This document shows, in pieces, positions 13,282-24,800 of a stretch of 64,000 nucleotides of DNA (the stretch's first letter is position 1; the number at the start of each line of letters is the position of its first letter). The stretch is from Macrostomum lignano (taxonomy: Eukaryota), in assembly GCA_002269645.1 (NCBI GenBank), contig NIVC01000686.1, positions 1-64,000 on the forward strand, read 5' to 3'. The notes under the pieces are model-generated. The model did not search any database, was not told the DNA's origin, and was given only the letters and a program-made list of their open reading frames with translations. The position numbers were made by a program, and so were the translations under genes.

Positions 13282-13875
13282 ATGTCGAACATAACCACGA
13301 TAAAGTTAGTGCTGGTTGGTGACGGCACAGTTGGCAAGACCAGCATGGTCCTGGTCTACACATTGAACACATTTCCGGAAGAGTACGCGCCAACCGTGGC
13401 CGACGATAGCTCGCATTACATTTCAGTTGACGGAAAGGCAGTAAGGCTGTCCATATACGACACGGCCGGGCAGGAGAGCTACGACAGACTGCGGCCATTG
13501 GGTTACAAAGACACCAACGTATTCTTGCTGTGCTATTCAGTGGATAACAGAGATAGCTATCAAAACGTAAAAGCCAAGTGGGTGCCGGAGTTGCGTCACT
13601 TCGGCGGGTTCAGCCATTCTCGGGTAGTTCTGGTTGCAACCAAGACCGATACCCGGGACGATCAAGTCGGCGGAGAAGCGGTAAAGGACCCGATTTCCAC
13701 AGCTGAAGGCAAACAACTGGCCAAAGAAATCAATGCCGACCGTTTCGTGGAATGTTCGGCTAAGAAGAGCAAGAATTTAGACGCAGTCTTCACCGAGGCT
13801 GTTCGGGCACACTTCCACGCGCTGCAGGACGATGGCAAGAAGAAAAAGAAGCAACTCTCCTGCGGCCTGCTGTAG
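13282..13875 (+). CDS. RhoL-like GTPase, 197 aa (R7)
   Basis: ATG at 13282. G boxes intact, polybasic KKKKK, CAAX CGLL. Motifs TNVFLLCYSV, KWVPELRHF and ECSAKKSKNL plus the short insert resemble Drosophila RhoL (from recall). Confidence 0.92.
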   Translation: MSNITTIKLVLVGDGTVGKTSMVLVYTLNTFPEEYAPTVADDSSHYISVDGKAVRLSIYDTAGQESYDRLRPLGYKDTNVFLLCYSVDNRDSYQNVKAKWVPELRHFGGFSHSRVVLVATKTDTRDDQVGGEAVKDPISTAEGKQLAKEINADRFVECSAKKSKNLDAVFTEAVRAHFHALQDDGKKKKKQLSCGLL

Positions 13876-16421
13876 GCCTCCTACGACCAATTCTTAGCAC
13901 GATTACGATTTTCCAGGTATTATAATCAAATTTGTAACTTTACCCCCCCCCCCCTAATCATGTAACCTTGTGTTAGCAGTAGGCGGAAAGAACACCGCAT
14001 TTGTTTTCTATTAAAACCACATTTGAAATGTTTTCGAGACTCTCCATGTGAGCGCAGCAGAAACTGTGAAGGATACTTTCCGCCTGCTATGTAATTCTAA
14101 TCTAGCATCACTGATATGCTCGCTATAAAAAAACCATATTGTAAAGCCTATTCATCAAAGTTGTTTTGAGAACTTCAGATTTCACACAAACAAACTCCTG
14201 TGCATGCAGCATAACCATTGACTATGTACGAGTACATAGTACGAGTATAAACTGCACCGCAGGCTTAACCGACAGCGACAGCCCCAGCGAGGCTTTCGTG
14301 CACCCCATTTTCTGCTAACTACTAGAAATGAAGTGTACACATGCGAGTGCGCGCAACAACTCTAGCGTACAGTACAATTCTAACTAGACACCTTTTAATA
14401 ACTGCCCACTAAAACGTATCACATGACGAAAAGTTTGAAAATGCAGCAAGACTTCGTCATCTCGCTTGGGCGCATTGCTTGCCTGTTTTGTCGCACCTCC
14501 TCTACCAAGCAAAAGATTAAAAATACGAAGGATGTCACAAAAGTTCTCTTTATGTCTAATAGAGCAGCTCATTAATGTGTTCGTTAAATCTTGCATGTAA
14601 AATAAAATGCAAAACTCATACGAAGGTGTACGAGTAGTTAAAATAATGTCAATATTATTTTCCATTGCTGCGCTGCATCATGTCTGCACAATTCAGTACT
14701 ATATCGGTCCACATTCTTAAATGTCGCATGCCCATTATCAACTTTCGTGGAAAAATGTCAAAATGTCTATGGCCAACCGGTTGAATTGCTGATTCTGTGT
14801 ATCAGAGCAGCCGGTGTTGCCAGCGCAACGATCCCATACCGAGTGCTTGCTTTTGGCTGCAGATTTCTTTAAAAGATTAGTTCTCTCTACAGCCCTGAGA
14901 GTCAACGGAGTCAAGTTTTTGCCCTGTAGTCAGCCGTATGGAGTGGAGTCAAGATTTCTGAGCATCTCTTCACTATCCATGATGAGAACAGCATTAGGAA
15001 AACGACTGTTTACTTGTTCGAATAGATCGAACGGCCTAAGGATGGCCAGTCCAACTCGAATGCTCGTGTGACAGTTCGAGAGATGTCTGATCGATTGGAC
15101 ATCTACCAACTGATCTGGAACTCTTAATGATCCCAGCCTGTTGAGTCCCCGACTTCTCACAAATTTGAGGATGTGTAACACTAGTGCTGACTTGTGCAGA
15201 CAGTTTTGATGCGGCGCATGAATGGAAAATGTCAAATGACACTGACATAATTTTAACTACACCTTCTTCGTATTAAAGTTGCCTTTCATGGATGAGCTGT
15301 AATACTCGTAGACATTCAGGGAACTTTTGGAACACCCTTCAGTAGAGATTCTATGCATTTTACTGTTTTTTACTTAGCTTATTAATGTGTTATATTCCCT
15401 CCTTGGTCGAAGAAAATCATAGCCTCGATTTTTTACCTAGCTTTTGACCAACATACATGCCAACTGTTCTAAACAATCCAAAAAAGAAATCATAAGTAGA
15501 AGAAACCAGTAAAATATGAGATTTGGGCCATTCCACTCATTATGACGCACTGGACTCAATTGTCGTAGCAAAGACTCAAGCAGGAATAAATAGATTTTTA
15601 AGCGACTATAATGTATATAATATATTTTATTGCCATTTATTTGTACAAGTAAAACCGACTGAGAATAGTAAATAGAGATGTTACGCAACCCCAGGTGCTG
15701 CGGGTACATCATGCACTTGCTACCTAAGGTACAATGGTAAAAAAGCATAAGAGTGCGCATGAGAGAAAGAAACAGGAGGCAAGCACGCGCTGCAAAAGTG
15801 ACAGACAATTAGAAAGGATATTTGAGACAGGTAAAACTCGGAACATATAATATATATAGCTCGTATATTGAATAGAATCATAATTTAAACTTTGATGAGT
15901 TAAGAGCAGAAACTGTTTACCAAATAGAGCAAAGAAACTTAAACAGCATTGTGGGAGTAGAGGGGACAGAAGAATAACACCGTTAAATGGTATGTCAGGC
16001 CACTAGAAGACACAAATCGATCAAATTAGTTGAAATTGCAGAAAATATCATAATATATATTATACGAGCAATATAAAAGCGATGTTAAGACTACCTGGAG
16101 CATGAAATAAATATTAGAGATGCAGCCGACCAGATTTCTTCTTTGCAGACGATAATCAGTTAAATAACAAACTACAAAAAGACACGGTAGATTGCCTTAT
16201 TTTTTAAATCCAGAGACACAGATTCAGCATCTCAGCGTGGTTGCCAGGGCGATGGAAAGCCGCCGCTAGTGGCGTACAGCAGAGGGAGACAGAGGGCGGT
16301 GCAGAGGTGAATTAGTGCATAATAAATCTAGTTTTATATCGGTCGCATCTATACGCATGTACAAAACTGTTAGCTACAGTAGCTGTGTCCGAGGATGAGT
16401 CGGGCCTGGGGTCGCGCACTG

Positions 16422-17000
16422 TTACAGCAAGTCGCACTTGTTTCGCTTGGACGGCCTCGGCCTCGGACACAGCACGGCCCGAATGGACTCGTCAAACACG
16501 TTCTTCAGTCCCTTCTGAGTCAGGGCTGAGCACTCCAGGTACTTCACCGCGTTAATCTCCTTGGCCATTGTCATGCCCTGCAGGTGGGTGATGGGGGCCA
16601 GCTTCTTCTCGCGCAGTTTCTCAATTGTGTCTTTGTCGTCGCGCAGGTCCAGTTTGGTGCCGACCAGGATGATGGGCGTGTTGGGACAGTGATGGCTCAC
16701 CTCCGGGTACCACTTGGCCCGCACGTTCTCGTAACTGGCCGGGCTGATGAGGGAGAAGCAGACCAGAAACACATCAGTCTGCGGGTAGCTCAGCGGCCTC
16801 AGCCGATCATAGTCCTCCTGACCAGCCGTGTCCCACAGGCCCAGGTTGATGGGCTTGCCGTCGACCATCACGTTGGCAGAGTAGTTGTCGAACACGGTCG
16901 GGATGTACTCGCCGGGGAAGGCGTTGGTCGTGTAGGAAATGAGCAGGCAGGTTTTTCCCACAGCTCCGTCGCCCACTACAACACACTTGATAGCTTGCAT
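16422..17000 (-). CDS. Rac1: Canonical Rac1 GTPase, 192 aa (R8)
   Basis: [40 protein letters not shown] matches the animal Rac1 N-terminus as recalled. CAAX CDLL. Intronless. Confidence 0.97.
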   Translation of the reverse strand: MQAIKCVVVGDGAVGKTCLLISYTTNAFPGEYIPTVFDNYSANVMVDGKPINLGLWDTAGQEDYDRLRPLSYPQTDVFLVCFSLISPASYENVRAKWYPEVSHHCPNTPIILVGTKLDLRDDKDTIEKLREKKLAPITHLQGMTMAKEINAVKYLECSALTQKGLKNVFDESIRAVLCPRPRPSKRNKCDLL

Positions 17001-17480
17001 GCTCTAGCTATCGCTTGGAAATTAGACCAGTTAATGTAGCGTCAATCCGTGTAGTGTACGTCTGTCCTACTAATAGTAGCGCGGCTTTGGAAGAAATCGA
17101 GCATGCAATAAATTTAGAAATCGTATTAATTCGTACCTAATAACGATATAAAACAATAGCCTATTTTATTTGTCTCATACTAATGAAGTAATAACGAGGA
17201 GGAACTTGAATTCATTTCAGTACTAGCCTTCAGCTTGAGGGACTACTATTGTTATGAGCTCTAAGTAAACTAAAAATCAAATATAACAAATAAACAGGCA
17301 GGCAGTAAGTGCTTCCAGAAGACAATTCCGGCAACTGCCAAAGCCAGTGCTATCCAATAATTTGGATTGATTTTTTATTTCCGCTTAATTAATCCGCATT
17401 GCAAATCAATTATTAATCAGTCGGCAACAGGTCACAACCAGCATCCTTAGTCCAAGTTCCGCTTAGCATTTAGCCGTCAT

Positions 17481-20400
17481 TTAGCTGGCCATGCGCATAG
17501 CGGCCTGCACCTGCTTCCAGTTGTCCAGCGGCCCGTGCTCCGGCAGGTACTTGCAGCCGACGCCGTCAGGCTGCAGGCGGCCCTCGGCCCGCATCCGCTC
17601 GTAGTCGGCTCGGTCCCACTTAGTGAAGCCCCAACGACGGCTGACGGCGATCTTCTGCCTGCCGGGGAACTTCATCTTGGATCGGCGGAACGCCTCCACC
17701 ATGGAGTTCACGTTGTTTTCCCGGCCGCGCACCGACATGATCACCTGGCCAACATGTTCGCCGGGGTTGCCAGCTATGAGCCTTACAGTTGCTATGGCAA
17801 ATTCTATAGGTACTTATGAGAGGATTCCAAGGGTAGTTATGAGAGGATTTTAAGGGTAGTTATGAGGGGATTCTAAGGACAGTTATGAGGGGAGTCTAAG
17901 GGTAATTATGAGGGGAGTCTAGGGGTAGTTATGAGGGGAGTCTAAGGGTAATTATGAGGGGAGTCTAGGGGTAGTTATGAGGGGATTCTAAGGACAGTTA
18001 TGAGAGGATTTTAAGGGTAGTTATGAGGGGAGTCTAAGGGTAGTTATGAGGGGAGTTTAGGGGTAGTTATGAGGGGAGTCTAAGGGTAGTTATGAGGGGA
18101 GTTTAGGGGTAGTTATGAGGGGATTATAAGGGTAGTTATGAGGGGATTCTAAGGGTAGTTATGAGGGGATTCTAAGGGTAGTTATGAGGGGAGTTTAGGG
18201 GTAGTTATGAGGGGAGTCTAAGGGTAATTATGAGGGGAGTTTAGGGGTAGTTATGAGGGGATTATAAGGGTAGTTATGAGGGGATTCTAAGGGTAGTTAT
18301 GAGGGGATTCTAAGGGTAGTTATGAGGGGATTCTAAGGGTAGTTATGAGGGGATTCTAAGGGTAGTTATGAGGGGAGTTTAGGGGTAGTTATGAGGGGAT
18401 TATAAGGGTAGTTATGAGGGGATTCTAAGGGTTGTTATGAGGGGATTCTAAGGGTAGTTATGAGGGGATTCTAAGGGTAGTTATGAGGGGATTCTAAGGG
18501 TAATTATGAGGGGAGTTTAGGGGTAGTTATGAGGGGAGTCTAAGGGTAATTATGAGGGGAGTTTAGGGGTAGTTATGAGGGGATTATAAGGGTAGTTATG
18601 AGGGGATTCTAAGGGTAGTTATGAGGGGATTCTAAGGGTAGTTATGAGGGGATTCTAAGGGTAGTTATGAGGGGATTCTAAGGGTAATTATGAGGGGAGT
18701 TTAGGGGTAGTTATGAGGGGAGTCTAAGGGTAATTATGAGGGGAGTTTAGGGGTAGTTATGAGGGGAGTCTAAGGGTAGTTATGAGGGGAGTCTAAGGGT
18801 AATTATGAGGGGAGTTTAGGGGTAGTTATGAGGGGATTATAAGGGTAGTTATGAGGGGATTCTAAGGGTAGTTATGAGGGGATTCTAAGGGTAGTTATGA
18901 GGGGAGTTTAGGGGTAGTTATGAGGGGAGTCTAAGGGTAATTATGAGGGGAGTTTAGGGGTAGTTATGAGGGGATTATAAGGGTAGTTATGAGGGGATTC
19001 TAAGGGTAGTTATGAGGGGATTCTAAGGGTAGTTATGAGGGGATTCTAAGGGTAGTTATGAGGGGATTCTAAGGGTAGTTATGAGGGGATTCTAAGGGTA
19101 GTTATGAGGGGAGTTTAGGGGTAGTTATGAGGGTAGTCTAAGGGTAATTATGAGGGGAGTTTAGGGGTAGTTATGAGGGGATTATAAGGGTAGTTATGAG
19201 GGGATTCTAAGGGTAGTTATGAGGGGATTCTAAGGGTAGTTATGAGGGGATTCTAAGGGTAGTTATGAGGGGATTCTAAGGGTAGTTATGAGGGGATTCT
19301 AAGGGTAGTTATGAGGGGAGTTTAGGGGTAGTTATGAGGGGAGTCTAAGGGTAATTATGAGGGGAGTTTAGGGGTAGTTATGAGGGGATTCTAAGGGTAG
19401 TTATGAGGGGATTCTAAGGGTAGTTATGAGGGGATTCTAAGGGTAGTTATGAGGGGATTCTAAGGGTAGTTATGAGGGGATTCTAAGGGTAATTATGAGG
19501 GGAGTTTAGGGGTAGTTATGAGGGGAGTCTAAGGGTAATTATGAGGGGAGTTTAGGGGTAGTTATGAGGGGATTATAAGGGTAGTTATGAGGGGATTCTA
19601 AGGGTAGTTATGAGGGGATTCTAAGGGTAGTTATGAGGGGATTCTAAGGGTAGTTATGAGGGGATTCTAAGGGTAGTTATGAGGGGATTCTAAGGGTAGT
19701 TATGAGGGGATTCTAAGGACAGTTGTGAGGGGATTCTAAGGACAGTTATGAGAGGATTTTAAGGGTAGTTATGAGGGGATTCTAAGGACAGTTATGAGAG
19801 GATTTTAAGGGTAGTTATGAGGGGAGTCTAAGGGTAGTTATGAGGGGAGTCTAAGGGTAATTATGAGGGGAGTTTAAGGGTAGTTATGAGGGGATTCTAA
19901 GGGTAGTTATGAGGGGATTCTAAGGGTAGTTATGAGGGGATTTTAAGGGTAGTTATGAGGGGATTCTAAGGGTAGTTATGAGGGGATTCTAAGGACAGTT
20001 ATGAGAGGATTTTAAGGGTAGTTATGAGGGGAGTCTAAGGGTAGTTATGAGGGGATTCTAAGGACAGTTATAAGGAATTATAAGACTATCAAGGCAGTTA
20101 TGCTGGGATAACCAGGGCAGTTTACAGGCGCATTCACCCACTGCAACAAAATGTCAAACCTGGCCGATGTTCACGCGGGCAACGAGGCCGTTCGGCTTGC
20201 CGAAGGCGCCGCGCATGCCAGTCTGGAGGCGATCGGCGCCGGCGCAGGACAACATCTTGTTGATGCGGGTCACGTGGAACGGGTGCAGCCGGACGCGCAG
20301 ATGGAAGGAGTCCTTGCCGCAGCTCTTCACCAGGTACTTGTTGGCGGCGATACGGGCGGCTTCCAGAGCCTCGGCGGACAGCTGCTCGTACTCGTCCGAG

Positions 20401-20558
20401 ATCATGTGGACGCACTGCGGGAAGTCGTCCACTCGGGCCTTCTTCTTGCCCAGATCGTAGATTCGAATCTTGGGATCGGGGACGCCGCGGCAGAAGCGCG
20501 ACTTGGGGTACGGCTTGTTCTTGCAGTACCGGTAGCAGCGGGCGGGGCGGCGACCCAT
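17481..20558 (-). CDS. RPL10: 60S ribosomal protein L10 (uL16/QM); 2 coding exons, 20558-20160 and 17744-17481
   Basis: [28 protein letters not shown]... Phase-0 intron CAG/GTTTGA...GGCCAG/GTG joins NIGQ to [10 protein letters not shown]...FPGRQKI...WGFTK. Confidence 0.97.
17800..20095. repeat. 23-bp G-rich minisatellite filling the RPL10 intron
   Basis: Unit GGGTAGTTATGAGGGGATTCTAA with variants GAGTTTAG, GAGTCTAA and GATTATAA in recurring order. Confidence 0.97.
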
Positions 20559-20667
20559 GCTGAGCGATGAAGCATGCAAAGAAGTGGTTAAGCAACGGCT
20601 AGTTAAGACAGCAACTAGAGCTGGGGCATCTATAAACTGTATATGCTAATCCACTACGAGTATACAG

Positions 20668-21237
20668 CAAATACATCAACAGCCAATGGTGAAGGGAGTG
20701 GCGCCACATCAACAGCCAATGGTGAAGGGAGTGGCGCCACATCAACAGCCAATGGAGAAGGGAGTGGCGCAACATCAACAGCCACTGAAGAAGGGAGTGG
20801 CGCCACATCAACAGCTACTGAAGGGAGTGACGCCACATTAACAGCCAATGGAGAAGGGAGTGGCGCCACATTAAAAGCCACTGAAGAAGGGAGTGGCGCC
20901 ACATCAACAGCCATTGGAGAAGGGAGTGACGCCGCATCAACAGCCACTGAAGAAGGGAGTGGCGCCACATCAACAGCCATTGGAGAAGGGAGTGACGCCG
21001 CATCAACAGCCACTGAAGAAGGGAGTGGCGCCACATCAACAGCCACTGAAGAAGGGAGTGGCGCCACATCAACAGCCACTGAAGAAGGGAGTGGCGCCAC
21101 ATTAACAGCCAATGGAGAATGGAGTGGCGCCACATCAACAGCCAATGGAGAAGGGAGTGACGCCGCATCAACAGCCACTGAAGAAGGGAGTGGCGCCACA
21201 TTAACAGCCAATGGAGAAGGGAGTGGCGCCACATCAA
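20668..21237. repeat. 33-bp minisatellite upstream of the RPL10 ATG
   Basis: Unit CATCAACAGCCAATGGAGAAGGGAGTGGCGCCA and variants. Confidence 0.95.
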
Positions 21238-21240
21238 AAC

Positions 21241-21260
21241 CCAGGGAGATAAGAGAAAGG
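21241..21260 (-). promoter_or_regulatory. Candidate 5'TOP non-coding first exon of RPL10
   Basis: Minus strand reads CCTTTCTCTTATCTCCCTGG/GTTTTG: a C-start pyrimidine run followed by GT. An acceptor CTCAG lies 1 nt before the RPL10 ATG. Ribosomal protein mRNAs typically start with TOP tracts. Confidence 0.4.
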
Positions 21261-21800
21261 TGACATCTTCGTATTCATTTTTCTTAATCTAAAAACTCCT
21301 AAAGCTAACATTTTATGCCTAAACATTAAAAATAAAATAAAGGACAATTGCAATGAATCCCGAATAAACCCACACAACACAGTGCAGTTGTAATAAGAAA
21401 AGTGAAAACATCTGAATTTTATCAATAATTATTTTCAGGGATAGCAAATTGCAGCAAAATGTACAGGGAGACAGAGGAAGACAGGACAAAATTAGCGAGA
21501 GAATGCAATTTATAGGGAAGCAAAGCTGGCTTATTAAACATAGATAATAACAAACAAGAGACAACAGAAATAAACAGAATTATTGCCTCTGATTTTAACA
21601 ATTAAAGATCTCCTACAGACAAAGTTTATTCGTTCTGTTTAGTAGCGGCAATTTGGAAACAAAAAAGAGACAAGGGAAACGTGAAGAACCCATTATAGTA
21701 GAGAAATGCACCAACGCCAAACGGGATGCACTAGACACATAAGTAGCTGATTGCGAGTTCAATAAGATACACAATGATCGGTCAGGAGGCTGTTGATTAT

Positions 21801-24800
21801 TCAAGTTCGGCTCTGCAGCAGCGTCATCATCAGGGGCGTCCCCGGGCCGGCTGGCGAGTCAGGCGGCTGCAGTTCAAAGTCGGCGCCACCACCGCCGCCG
21901 CCGCTGATGTCCACCATGGAGGACAGGAGAGGCCGGGCCTCGATAGGCCGCCGCAACCGGCCGGCCTGCTCGAACCAGGCGGGCGAGTCGGCGCCACTGA
22001 AAAGTTGACAAAAGCAAAAAAATGTTTAAACTCTCTATACTGACTACTGACTTTTTAGTAGCAACAAACGCACTTAGTCAATAAAATGTAAGAATTTCAA
22101 TAAATCTATGATCTAAAATCTGAGCCAAGGACTTGAGTAGGAAGGGAAACTATCGTTTCTTAGAAAATGTTTGAGGCTGGTTTTCGCCGAAAAATACACT
22201 ACGGAGATAGGAAGCTTTTATTATTTAAGCACAAAAATTGTTATTGCTTTAGATTGGAGGCAGGCCCAGATGTTCATCTTCTGATATGTTGTGCCTTTCT
22301 TATAGCTCTATTGATATTCATAAAGCTTTTCGTTTAGAAAAGTCGGATTTTATGACAATTTTTTTTCTACGTACATTTCCTGTACCTAAAAATCATAAAA
22401 ATGCATGGCACAGCTCGAACCTTTGGTTTTATGAATTTATTTTATCATCTCTGTCTCTGTTACACGTATTTTTACAGTCAGCTAAGAATGATAAAATAGA
22501 GTCATAAAAACAATGAGCCGAGCCGTGCCATTTTAATGGTTTTTAGGTACAAGACATGTGCAACTATACTTAGAATAAAAAATTAACATAAACTCCTAAT
22601 TTTCTGAACAAAAAGCTTTCTGAATATTAATAGAGCTATGGAAGGCACAACATATCAAAAGCAATAACAATTTTTGTGCTGAAAAATGAGAACTTCCTAT
22701 CTCCGTAGTGTATTTTTCGGCGAAACCAGACTCTGGGCGACGCAAGTGACTCTGAAGCCGTTGCGTAACTTTACGAATTAGAATCGCATTTCGCATTTAT
22801 TACGAGTACAATTATATTTAGTCCACTTCAGTTTGCAGAAAATTAAGCGCTAACACAACGACTATTGGATGACTTTTTCGCGGCTCTTTTACGATTCTGC
22901 AACTGACGCGATGCACTCGTGACTCAACAGTCGTCCCTAGAGTCACTAGAGTTGTTTGCAATGACTTGAAAATTGAAAATTCCAAACCAAAAAGACAACG
23001 ATACACCCGCATCGCTAAATAACTTACGACTGCAGCTTCCGCGTTATCGGCGGTCGCATATAATAGCGCACAAATTTGATGACAAAGAACGGTATGGCGC
23101 TGATCGCCGTGATCACCGACACCTTCCATAGGAAGCTGAGCGTCAAGATGAAGCCGGGGTCTGCAACGGAGTTCATTATTTACATAAGGTAGTCTGTCTT
23201 AATCTGCAACAGTTTTCTCACTAATATATCTGCAACAGTCTCCTCACTAATCTGCAACAGTCTCCCTACTAATCTGCAACAGTCTCTTCACTAATCTGCA
23301 AGTCTCTTCACTAATCTGCAACAGGCTCCTTACTAATCTGCAACAGTCTCCCTACTAATCTGCAACAGTCTCCCTACTAATCTGCAACAGTCTCCCTACT
23401 AATCTGCAACAGTCTCCCTACTAATCTGCAACAGTCTCCCTACTAATCTGCAACAGTCTGCTCACTAATCTGCAGACTCCTCACTAATCTGCAACAGTCT
23501 CTTCACTAATCTGCAACAGGCTCCTTACTAATCTGCAACAGTCTCTTCACTAATCTGCAACAGTCTCTTCACTAATCTGCAACAGTCTCTTCACTAATCT
23601 GCAACAGGCTCCTTACTAATCTGCAACAGTCTCTTCACTAATCTGCAACAGTCTCTTCACTAATCTGCAACAGGCTCCTTACTAATCTGCAACAGTCTCT
23701 TCACTAATCTGCAACAGTCTCTTCACTAATCTGCAACAGGCTCCTTACTAATCTGCAACAGTCTCTTCACTAATCTGCAACAGTCTCTTCACTAATCTGC
23801 AACAGTCTCTTCACTAATCTGCAACAGTCTCCCTACTAATCTGCAACAGTCTCCTCACTAATCTGCAATCAGTCTCTTCACTAATCTGCAACAGTCTCTT
23901 CACTAATATGCAACAGTCTCTTCACTAATCTGCAACATCTGCAACAGGCTCCTCACTAATCTGCAACAGTCTGCTCACTAATCTGCAGACTCCTCACTAA
24001 TCTGCAACAGTCTCTTCACTAATCTGCAACCGTCTGCTCACTAATCTGCAGACTCCTCACTAATCTCACTAATCTGCAACAGTCTGCTCACTAATCTGCA
24101 GACTCCTCACTAATCTGCAACAGTCTCTTCACTAATCTGCAACTGTCTGCTCACTAATCTGCAGACTCCTCACTAATCTCACTAATCTGCAACAGGCTCC
24201 TCACTAATCTCACTAATCTGCAACAGTCTCTTCACTAATCTGCAACCGTCTGCTCACTAATCTGCAGACTCCTCACTAATCTGCAACAGGCTCCTCACTA
24301 ATCTCACTAATCTGCAACAGGCTCCTCAACAATTTTTCATAGGATATACGGAGAAAATTAAGCAAAAACAAACCAAAATAATTAGGCAGCACAACAACAG
24401 CCAGCAGGTAGCAGAGCAGACTGAGCAGCTCCGCTACTGACATCAGCCAATGCCAGGTGCGCACAGTGCAGGCCACCATGAGCAGTTCGTTGAGCACAAT
24501 AGCAGTGAATGCTATGCTAACAATTCTTAGAAATGATGTCTCAAATAGCCACAGAGAGCCGTACATGATGACTCCGCCTTGATAGAGCGACACGGCGGTC
24601 CAAACCCACAGGGTCTTGGCTGAGAGCTCGCGGCCCTGAACAGGGATTTATTGGGATTTGGGAGCAACTCAGACTTGATTCCTTACACAACTAAAGGGTA
24701 AGAATCGGTAGTTAAGCTACTGTAAACTCGGTCAATCGCTATACTGTAAACTCGGTCAATCGCTGTACTGTAAACTCGGTCAATCGCTATACTGTAAACT

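Noticed and set aside
14814-15248. ORFs in the 1.7-kb extra segment (101 aa plus an open frame after the TGA)
   Set aside because: No recognisable motif; SVWDRCAG only superficially resembles WDTAG; no support for readthrough or selenocysteine.
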